In this document: piece by piece, positions 53,623 to 64,000 of the stretch
Position numbering within the stretch: position 1 is the stretch's first letter
How the letters are laid out: the number at the start of each line of letters is the position of its first letter
From: Octopus vulgaris
Lineage: Eukaryota
DNA: 64,000 nt
NCBI GenBank assembly: GCA_951406725.2
Contig: OX597827.1
Coordinates: forward strand, 12,710,001-12,774,000
Direction: 5' to 3'
Notes under the pieces: model-generated
Seen by the model: the letters and a program-made list of their open reading frames with translations, nothing else
Database searches by the model: none
Told to the model about the DNA's origin: nothing
Made by a program: the position numbers and the translations under genes

Positions 53623-54612
53623 CCATTTTACTGAAGGCACAAGGCTTTGAAATTTTGGGGGAGGGGATGAGTCGATTACATTGACCCCAGTGTTTTACTG
53701 GTACTTAATATATTGACCCCGAAAAGATGAAAGGCAAAGTTGACCCTTGGCAGAATTTGAAGTCAGAATGTAGGGATGAGCAAAATACCGCTAAGCATTT
53801 TGTTCAGTGTGCTAATGATTATGCTAGTTTGCTGCCTTAATCTATCTATATTATAATGAAGAAAGCTGCTTATCAATTAGGTGTATACCAGTTACTAAAA
53901 GAATGCAGTTATTAAAGGCTTAATCATCTGGAAATTTTTTAATAAATTCGTGTTCCAGTAACTTACCTGTTGTTTCAATTTCTAAAGTTTATTGAATCTT
54001 TGAACTACAAGTTTTTCGCAAATTTAAACATTCATTGCATTCACTGCAGAGTAGATTTTAATGCTTAATAAACAATATTCATTGCAGGCAAAATTTTCCG
54101 TTTTCATTTGCAACAGCCTCTCACTCTCTGTCACCTCTATTTTCGTTAATTATAATTTAATATATATTCATTTCAATGTTTACATTTCAAGTTTTAATAT
54201 ACTATTTGCAAAACTCACAGTTTATTCTATATATGTAATGTAAAAAAATTATCTATTGAATGAATAAATGCTATTAGAGAAAATAGCTGTATAACTTTGA
54301 TGCTTATGATAATATCAGTTTCCAAAGTTTGTTAAATGAATAATTTTGATAAAATGAAAATTTATTAATATAGCAGTACATTTTTTTTTTTAATTAAGAA
54401 GTAATTTTGTTAGTATGGCTGTTTGGAATGCTATAAGCTTTGCAATAATAACTACGAGATTGCTGCTATTTCTAACATGCTAAACATAGTTGGGCTACAT
54501 TGAAGTTTGGTTATGTTTAAATTAGAGATATATTACAACTAGGATAAATTACCGAAAGAAATATTTACTAAGCATATTTACTAAGAAATATTTACCGAAA
54601 GAAATATTTATA

Positions 54613-55050
54613 GGCGTAGGAGTGGCTGTGTGGTAAGTAGCTTGTTTACCAACCACATGGTTCCAGGTTCAGTCCCCCTGCGTGGCACCTTGAGCAAGTG
54701 TCTTCTACTATAGCCTCGGGCCGACCAAAGCCTTGTGAGTGGATTTGGTAGACGGAAATTGAAAGAAGCCTGTCGTATATATGTATATATATATATAGAG
54801 AGAGAGAGAAAATAGTTGTATAACTTTGATGCTTATGATATGTGTGTGTGTGTTTGTGTGTCTGTGTTTGTCCCCCCAACATAGCTTGACAACCGATGCT
54901 GGTGTGTTTACGTCACCGTCACTTAGCGGTTCGGCAAAAGAGACCGATAGAATAAGTACTAGGCTTAAAAAGAATAAGTCTTGGGGTCGATTTGCTCGAC
55001 TAAAGGCGGTGCTCCAGCATGGCCACAGTCAAAATGACTGAAAAGTAAAA
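54613..55050 (+). mobile_element. SINE family A with a 36-bp locally templated insert
   Basis: Full copy; 54805-54840 matches 54276-54311. Confidence 0.9.
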
Positions 55051-55271
55051 AAAAAAAAAATAAAAAAAAAAAAAAGTAAGCAAGTTTAAATTTTTTATAA
55101 ATTGAAGTTTTCAGGAAAATTTACTTTCTGAACTTCTTTTTGTTATTGAATATTTCAAGTTCACAAATTTAAATATTCAGTACAAGATGGTTTTTAATGG
55201 GCTTTTATATTTATATGATATCTTCATTTCATGTTTTATTTTATTCATTGGTTGCAATGTTCTCTCCCCAT

Positions 55272-55305
<34 letters not shown>

Positions 55306-55496
55306 TGTCTCTCTAATATAAACTCTCGCATTGTCTCTAATATAAACACACACACACACACACTCCAGGTTTGATTTCATTATTATTAAAATATCACACT
55401 AAAATTTTGCAATTCAACATGGGGTGTCCAAAAATAAACACCCAGCAGGCCGTCTTTCTGCTAGTAATAATGATGATGATGATGATGATGATGATG

Positions 55497-55529
<33 letters not shown>

Positions 55530-55652
55530 GCATCACAACAAATCACAGCACATACCCAAGGCACACAGAGGTGCGCTCGGTAGTGAAGTGAAAGCACGCT
55601 ATAAAAATAAAAATAAAACTACTGAATAATAATAATAATAGTAATAATGATG

Positions 55653-55685
<33 letters not shown>

Positions 55686-55848
55686 GTAATAATGATAATG
55701 ATGATAATAATAATAATAATAATAATAAAATAATAATAATAATAATGATAATAATAAATAGAAGAGCGCCATAGCTATTTCTGGATAACTTCTGGAGGAG
55801 TTACCTCATGCCTATATAATCTTAATAATAATAATAATCTTAATAATG

Positions 55849-55888
<40 letters not shown>

Positions 55889-55966
55889 TAATAATAATAA
55901 TAATAATAATAATATAATAATAATAGTAATAATTATAATAATAATAATAATAATAATAGTAATAAT

Positions 55967-56000
<34 letters not shown>

Positions 56001-56008
56001 GTAATAAT

Positions 56009-56059
<51 letters not shown>

Positions 56060-56767
56060 CTCTCTTTTCTCTCTTTACTCTCTTATACTTGTTTCCGTCA
56101 TTTGTATATATATCCTGTGCAGGTGGCACATAAAAAACACCATGTGAGCGTGGCCATTGCCAGTACCACTTGACTGGCTCTCGTGTCGGTGGCACATAAA
56201 AGCACCCACTACACTCTTGGAGTGGTTAGCGTTGGGTAGGGCATCCAGCTGAAGAAACTCTGCCTGATCAAGATTGGAGCCGGGTGCTGCCATCTGGTTC
56301 ACCAGTCCTCAGTCAAATCGTTGAAAGCATGGAAAGTGGACGTCAAACGATGATGATGATATATATGTGTGTGTGTGTTTGTGTGTGTGTTTGTGTGTAT
56401 GTATGCATGTATGTATGCATGTATGTACGTATGTATGTATTTATGAGCGTGTCTTTGTATCTGTGTTTGCCCCTCCCCATTACTGATTAAGAACTGATCA
56501 AATAAGTCCTGGGGTTGATTTGTTTGACTAAAACCCCCTCAAAGCCATGCCCCAGCATGGCCTCAGTCAAATGACTGAAACAGGTAAAAGAGAAAAGGTA
56601 AGAGATACGTACATTAATAGACATATAGAGAGAGAGGGAGAGGAGGGATGGCTAGATAGATAGATATAGAGTTGTACGTGTGTGTGTGTGTATGTGTGTG
56701 TGTGTTATCATACCTGTGCGTCCATTTACATTGGCAGCAATGACCTCTCTTTATTCTTTATGTACAA

Positions 56768-57266
56768 CTAGCAGTATCGCCCGGCGTTGCTTGGGTTTGT
56801 AAGGGAAATAACTATATAAGCATTTTTAGAGAGTTATAGCCAAAAAATAGCAAAAAAATGCATTAAAAATGGAAAAAAAATTATGGTAAATTTTTTTAAA
56901 TCGTTGACTCATCGTAGACATTTTTAGAGAGTTACTTCCCTTATATAATAGCGAAAAAATGCATTAAAAATGGAAAAAAATGATGGTAAATTTTTTTTTA
57001 AATCGTTGACTCATCGTAGACATTTTTAGAGAGTTACTTCCCTTATATAATAGCGAAAAAATGCATTAAAAATGGAAAAAAATTATGGTAAATTTCTTTT
57101 TAAATCGTAGACTCATCATAGACGTGCGCTAATACCCAGAAGGGCTCGATATGAATCACAACTATAAGATACCCGGTTTTGGTTAAACTGCACCGCAAAA
57201 TGTGGGAGTAGTTAGGAATCTAAATCGTAGGAGACAGACACACAACCTTACTTTTATATATAAAGA
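56768..57266 (-). mobile_element. Non-autonomous Helitron H1 with one extra internal unit
   Basis: TC...CTAG termini; the internal unit of about 110 bp occurs three times. Confidence 0.92.
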
Positions 57267-57429
57267 TATACATAGAAGAGGTTCTGTAGCTTAGCTGCTC
57301 AAGCCTATAGAGGGCTGTGGAATTTGGTATGTGACTGAAAAACAAGGGTTGACATCAAGAAAGCTATTTGGCCAGTGACCACTGCCTCAAGATGTCTCGT
57401 CCAAACTATGTCAGAATGTATAAAGGGTG

Positions 57430-58020
57430 TGTGATGAGCATGATGGTGATGGGCGTGGTGTGGCTGTGGTTGGTAGAGGTGGTGGTGGTAGTGGTGGTTG
57501 TAGTATTGAGGTGAGGATAATGATAATGGAAATGACAATGATGATGATGACGATGATGATGACAGTGGTGGTGGTGGTGGTGGTGGTGGTGGTGGTACTG
57601 GTGCTGGTGCTGGTGCTGGTGCTGGTGGGGTTGATGATGGTGATGTTGGTGATGTTGATGATGAGGATGGTGGTGGTGGTGGTAGTAGTGGTGTTGGTTA
57701 TGATAATGATGATGATGATGATGACGACGATGACTATGATGATGATAGTGGTGGTGGTGGTGGTGGTGGTGGTGGTGGTGGTGGTGGTGGTGGTGGTGGT
57801 GGTGTTGGTGGTGTTGGTGTTGTTGTGGTGGTGGTGGTGGTGGTGGTGGTGATGGTGGTGGTGGTGGTGGTGGTGGTGGTGATGGTGGTGGTGGTGCTGG
57901 TGGTGGTGCTGGTGCTGGTGGTGGTGCTGGTGATGTTGGTGATGTTGATGATGAGGATGATGGTAGTGGTGGTGGTGGTGATGGTGTTGGTGATTATGAT
58001 ATGATGATGATGATGATGAC
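57430..58020. repeat. (GGT/GAT)n compound microsatellite
   Basis: Read directly; explains the His-, Thr- and Val-rich ORFs. Confidence 0.92.
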
Positions 58021-58106
58021 ATTCAGCAGCAGACAAACCATAAATTAGATTTATAACTTGAATTTAGAATTCAAACAAGTGATCTTTACTATAAATTTTA
58101 CGTATG

Positions 58107-58138
<32 letters not shown>

Positions 58139-58254
58139 CACACACTCATATATACATAGATGAATACACTATAAGTAAAATTAATATAAATTTATGTGTA
58201 AGAGGGAGAGTGTGTGTGTGTGTGTGTGCATGATATACAACAGATATATACAAC

Positions 58255-58309
<55 letters not shown>

Positions 58310-58685
58310 TACATACATACATACATACATAGATACACATACATATGTATATAAATATATATATGTATATACATATACACACACATACATATATCTATAA
58401 TTTTTACTCCTAAAATCTCTTCTACTTTTCTGACTTTAAACTAACCAGGATGAAACACAATATATATGTATCTCTTGGCAGAAATTGATAAACAAAGTCA
58501 AAAATTTTCAAAAAAAAATAAATAAATAATAATAATAATAAAGAAAAGAATGAAAATAAAAAGTTAAATCACTTTAAAACATAATTTAAAAATAAATCTG
58601 GATATATGAAATAAAAAAAAGAACACACACAGATAAGATATCGAGAAAGAATGTAAGACAAATATCAAAACATATGAAAGGAGAA

Positions 58686-58747
<62 letters not shown>

Positions 58748-59037
58748 CATGTATATCACTTGTAAAGGGAAATAAAATAAAACAAGGAACTCAGAAATAA
58801 TCTTAAGACATAAATAGATGCAAAAGAACAAAGAAGAAAGATGAACATTTAAAAAGCTGGTTGTAAAATGTATTTAACAAAAAGAGAAAAGGAAATAAAA
58901 GAAAAAGAAGAAGAAGAAGAAGGAAAGTATGAATCAAAGAAGCGAGGTTTCAAAGACAAACAAGGAATGAATACAAAATATGTAGAAAATGCATAAATAT
59001 AACTAATATGTAAATATGTAAATATATATCATATATA

Positions 59038-59100
<63 letters not shown>

Positions 59101-59120
59101 GTTGTCAGTATATGTATATA

Positions 59121-59163
<43 letters not shown>

Positions 59164-59463
59164 GTCAGTATATGTGTATATATACATATATACACATATA
59201 CTGATCGCGGTTTGTTCAATCGCGGTTTCGATTCCCAGACCGGGCGTTGTGAGTGTTTATTGAGCGAAAACAACTAAATCTTCACGAGGCTCCAGCAGGG
59301 TGTGGTGATCCCTGCTGTACTCTTTCACCACTCTTTCTTCTGTTGGCCTGCTCGCTTAGCCAGCGGGGTAGCGTCATTTGAAGGCTAAAACAATGCGAAC
59401 GCATTGTGACCAGCGATGTGTAACTACATCTGGTGGACTGGTCAGTCATGTGATTACGTGATT

Positions 59464-59502
<39 letters not shown>

Positions 59503-59605
59503 TTCGCTTGCTTATTTGGGTTCGTTGGCACTGTTAGTTACGAGCAGATCTTCGAAAGGGTATGTTCTTACTTGCAGTGTTTCCAAATCCAAACCAAGGA
59601 GTTTC

Positions 59606-59657
59606 TGAGCTGATGATAGAAGTGTTGTTTTGACTAATCTTGAAACGTACGTTCTCA
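59606..59657 (+). ncRNA. Candidate type I hammerhead ribozyme in a (TA)n-flanked module at about 59500-59730
   Basis: tgag-CTGATGA-t[aga agt gttgttttg act aa tct]t-GAAAC-gtac-GTT^ctca. The core is intact and stems I-III pair. Confidence 0.7.
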
Positions 59658-59852
59658 AATAACCTTAGCATTTGATTTTTTGATGTCCTTACCCCCAAAC
59701 TTTTGTGAGTTGAATTAAGCAAACACTATATATGAGAGAGATTTTCTTTAAGTATTAGAAATAGCTTTAAAAAAGTTTTTTAGCTGCTATTTCTAATGAG
59801 TTCAGTATGCGGCAAAGTAATTTATTTTACTAAGCCCTTTTATATAATGTTA

Positions 59853-59891
<39 letters not shown>

Positions 59892-61071
59892 CTACAAATA
59901 TGTCTGTTTGTTGTATTATACATAAACTGTATTTATATGTCAATATGTATATACATATACAGATATATATATACTTTTGCTCTTTTACTTTTTTACTTGT
60001 TTCAGTCATTTGAATGCGGCCATGCTGGAGCACTGCCTTTAGTCGAGCAAATTGACCCCAGGACTTATTCTTTGTAAGCCCAGTACTTATTCACTAAGTT
60101 ACGGGACGTAAACACACCAGCATCGGTTGTTAAGCGATGTTGGGGTGACAAACACAGAAATACAAACACACACACACACACATATACATATACACATATA
60201 CGATGTGGTCACCAGCATGCTAAAAAATAGAAGTCAAATCCATCTTATAAAACATATTAACACATTAGTAATAGGAAGGACTATTTGATGATGTAGTCCC
60301 TGTTATAATATATCAAAAGAAAAATAGATGGGATAGCCATGGATGGAATGCTTTCTCTGCAACAAATGGTAGGTTTATCATCAACATCATCATCATTGTG
60401 AAAGTGCATGGCTCAGTGGTTAGAGCATCACGCTCACAATCACGAGGTAGTGAGTTCAATTCTCATACCAGGCTACATGTTGTGTTCTTCAGCAAGTCAC
60501 TTTATTTCACGTTACTCTAGTTCACTCAGCTGTAGAAATGAGTTGTGATGTCACAGGTGCCAAGCTGTATCGGCCCCTTTGCCTTTCCCTTGGATGACAT
60601 CTGTTGCATGGAGAAGGGTGGCTGGTATGCATGGGCGAGTGCTGGGCTTCCATAAACAATCTTGCCCAGGCTTTATAGGTGCAATCCCATGCTCATTCAT
60701 GACTGAATGGGATCTTTAGCCATCATCATCATCATTTTACTTTTCCTCTCTTGCCTTGCATGGGTCAGACAGTATTTAATGAGGCATATTTTCAACAGCC
60801 AGATGCTCTTGCTGTCCTCAACCCTTACAAGTAACCAAGCAAGGTAATATTCCCTCCTGGCCACACATTTTTTTTCACAAACAACTCCAAATGAAGTACA
60901 TCGTTTCAATACTACTGTGAATCCCTAATTTATTATTTTGCTTGTTTGGACCCCCAGAATCATATATAGACCACCGAGGGTCATATGGACCCTAGATGAA
61001 AACCCCTAGCTATGGTATTTATTTATTGACAGCAAGGCAAAGTATTCATAGATCAGAATTGGGCCCCTTGA

Positions 61072-61254
61072 AAAGGCGGTGAGCTGCCAGAAACATTAGC
61101 ACACCGGGCAAAATGCTTAGCAGTATTTTGTCTGCCGCTATGTTCTGAGTTCAAATTCTGCCAAGGTCAACTTTGCCTTTCATCATTTCAGGGTCGATAA
61201 ATTAAGTACCAGTCTCCCCTCTATGTTTAGCCCCTTGTGGGCAATAAAGAAACA
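61072..61254 (+). mobile_element. SINE family B, internally deleted
   Basis: 17-bp TSD agaattgggccccttga. Confidence 0.9.
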
Positions 61255-61552
61255 AGAATTGGGCCCCTTGACCTGTGGAACCCTTGGGTGACAACCTAAT
61301 GTAATCATGTCTAAAGACAGCACTGATAACACATCTAGGATTCTACAGCTGATGGTAGTGGTGTTGGTATATTCTATATTCTAGAACTGATTTAATAGAT
61401 TGTCAGTTCTGCTCTCAGTCATACCGTATAAGTAAACAGTACTGGTCCCCATCAGTATGTCATAGGACTCCTACTAATTTCATATAACTTTTAAATGTGT
61501 TAAGTCAAAGTAAAGCCCTGTCAGTTTTCAGCATCATCATCATCATCATCAT

Positions 61553-61970
61553 CAGCTGACTTGGCAGACACCAATAAAATTATCAACCATCTTACAAACA
61601 ATAACTCTGAGCACCTTTTCAAACTCCACCCCGTCTAACACCCGTGGACATATTTACAAAGTCAGAAAACAGCACAGCCCCCATGACTTCAGGAAACATT
61701 CTTTCACGCTGAGAGTTGCTGAAGCATGGAACAAACTGCCGGCATCAATTGTTAGTTGTCCTGTATCCTTCAAAACTTCCATGCTTCCTGAGATTCACCA
61801 ACACTACACCTGATTTTCTCTCCTCCATACACACGCAAGCATGTATCTGACTCATACACTTCACTTTCCAGACATTTCTACATTACTGCATGTACTTTAT
61901 ACGCACTTTCTGACAAGTTGTAGTGCACCTGAGCACTGTATACAATAATTTCATTATTATTATTATTATT
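61553..61970 (+). mobile_element. CR1/L2-like LINE 3' fragment
   Basis: TRGHIYKVRKQ..FRKHSFTLRVAEAWNKLP and an (ATT)n tail. Confidence 0.85.
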
Positions 61971-62269
61971 ATATCATCATAACCATCATAATCATCATCT
62001 ACATTGTCTCTATGTTCACTTTTCCGTGCCTGCATGGGTTGGACTGAGTTTACCAAGGCAGATTTTCTGTGGTCAGATGCCTTCCCTGTTGCTAACACTC
62101 ACCTATTTCCAAGTGAGATAATATTTCTTTATGGCTAGATATGTTTTCACAGGATATTGGAAATGAACGATACTGCTTGTGTGACTGTGGTGCTCATTTA
62201 AAACCATCGAGTGATGCCAAAACAAGGAGACACAAACATATACTTACACTGACATACACACACATGTAT

Positions 62270-62456
62270 ATGATAGATTAGATCGTTAGCCACTACACAC
62301 ATTTTTTTCTCTCCTTGTTTTTTCTGTGTCCCTTTCTGTAGAAGAGCGTAGGCTCGAAACATAAAAGACTTTTTCTATTCTCGAGTGTTATACTAATGCA
62401 CCTGTTTGTTTTGTACACCACTTGTCTTTGTCTTTTGTTTATTTTTCGTAACCTCT

Positions 62457-62460
<4 letters not shown>
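62270..62460 (+). mobile_element. Penelope-like terminal module with a degenerate minimal hammerhead
   Basis: ctttctgtagaagagcgtaggctcGAAACataaaagac, followed by (TA)n. Confidence 0.45.
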
Positions 62461-62513
<53 letters not shown>

Positions 62514-63130
62514 ATCCTCTGGTTTCTTTACAGTTTCCATCTATCAAACCCATTTACAAGGCTTTGCATATGTTACATGTAGTTATTAACTAAATTCTTC
62601 TTATAAAGAAAGAGTTGGTTTCTAATAAGAAACAAGATTCCATTACTGGAATTTAGATTACAACAACGGTAAATATCTACATGTTATTCCACCCACATGT
62701 TATAGTTACCAGCTTCGGTCTCTTTTGCTGAACCACTAAGTTATAGGGATATAAACACACCAATGCCAGTTACCAAGTAGTGATGGGGGAACAAACACAG
62801 ACACACACACATAGATACACACACACACACAGACACACACACACACACAGACACACACACACAACAGGCTTCTTTCAGTCTCTGTCTACCAAACCAGTTC
62901 ACAAGGTTCTGGTTGGCCCAAGGCTATAGTAGAAGACATTTGCCCAAGATGCCACACAGTGAGACTGAACCTGGAACAATGTAGTTGGGAAGCAAGCTTC
63001 TTACCACACAGCCAGTAGGTATGAGAGGTGAATATGTATTTATTGACCACGTGACTTCAAAAGGATTTCGGCTGTTAAGTTACAGTGAATGTATATTGTG
63101 TTGCTATTACCATAAAAAAATATTTTCTTT

Positions 63131-63358
63131 GTGTGTGTGTGTGTGTTTGTGTGTTTGTGTTTGTCCCCCTAGCATTGCTTGACAACCGATGCTGGTGTGT
63201 TTACGTCCCCGTCACTTAGCGGTTCGGCAAAAAGAGACCGATAGAATAAGTACTGGGCTTACAAAGAATAAGTCCCGGGGTCGATTTGCTCAACTAAAAG
63301 GCGGTGCTCCAGCATGGCCATAGTCAAATGACTGAAACAAGTAAAAGAGTAAAGGAGT
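63131..63358 (+). mobile_element. SINE family A, 3' half
   Basis: Homology to full copies; an inverted older copy lies at 62715-63013. Confidence 0.85.
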
Positions 63359-63504
63359 AATATATGAACACCCACATGTCAATTAAGTTGAAATACTAGA
63401 TAGAAATTAAGGAATTCACCATCCTTAATATAAGCAAAATAATTAGAAGAAATAACATGAGATTAAGTAGGAAAACGGACATTAAATGATGATTATGATG
63501 TCCC

Positions 63505-63935
63505 TGGGCATGGACACATTGAAACTCTGACGTCTGGCAGCTGACTTGGCAGACACCCATAAAATTATCAACCATCGCACAAACAATAACTCTGAGCACC
63601 TCTTCAAACTCCACCCATCTAACACCCATGGACATATTTACAAAGTAAGAAAACAGCACAGCTCCCATGACTTCAGGAAACATTTTTTCATGTTGAGAGT
63701 TGCTGAAGCGTGGAACAAACTGCCGGCATCGGTTGTTAGTTGTCGGAGCACTGCATCCTTCAAGACTTCCATGCTTCCTGAGATTCGCCAACACTACACT
63801 TGATTTTCTCCCCTCCATACACACACAAGCATGTTCACTTTCCAGACATTTCTACATTACTGCATGTACTTTATATGCACTTTCTGACAAGTTGTGGTGC
63901 ACCTGAGCACTGTATACAATAATTTCATTATTATT
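63505..63935 (+). mobile_element. CR1/L2-like LINE 3' fragment
   Basis: ORF 63546-63803 THGHIYKVRKQ..FRKHFFMLRVAEAWNKLPASVV; same family as 61553. Confidence 0.88.
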
Positions 63936-64000
63936 TATATTATAAGAAATGATATAATACAGAAAGGTAAGTGGGGTGCAAAACAGCTGGTGATTTAATG

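Noticed and set aside
56711-56745. Minus-strand VIAANVNGRT followed by CAG|GTATGA
   Set aside because: No polypyrimidine acceptor, and an in-frame stop lies just upstream.

Overview
AT-rich, repeat-saturated animal genomic DNA, probably intronic or intergenic. The SINE families and extreme microsatellite load suggest an octopus/coleoid cephalopod, but this is inferred from repeat content and not verified. I found no intact host protein-coding gene. Almost all ORFs in the track are translations of microsatellites or SINEs, and the only recognisable protein sequence comes from decayed transposons (two mariner, RTE, R4/Dong, CR1/L2-like and Penelope GIY-YIG relics). Other content: three tRNA-derived SINE families, non-autonomous Helitrons, a Helentron-type element, hAT, piggyBac-like and Tc1-like MITEs, and several nested insertions. 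The most interesting signal is a set of type I hammerhead-ribozyme motifs in short, mutually dissimilar Penelope-like modules, two of them in (TA)n tracts. Two have an intact core (30454-30541 and 59606-59657) and several are decayed. Three share an unusual layout: CTGANGA-T-[long stem II]-T-GAAAC-[palindromic 4-mer]-GTH. Long fold-back elements in (TA)n, a few splice-site/microexon candidates and a templated insertion are also reported. All structures were folded and aligned by eye; boundaries are approximate unless a TSD or TIR is quoted.
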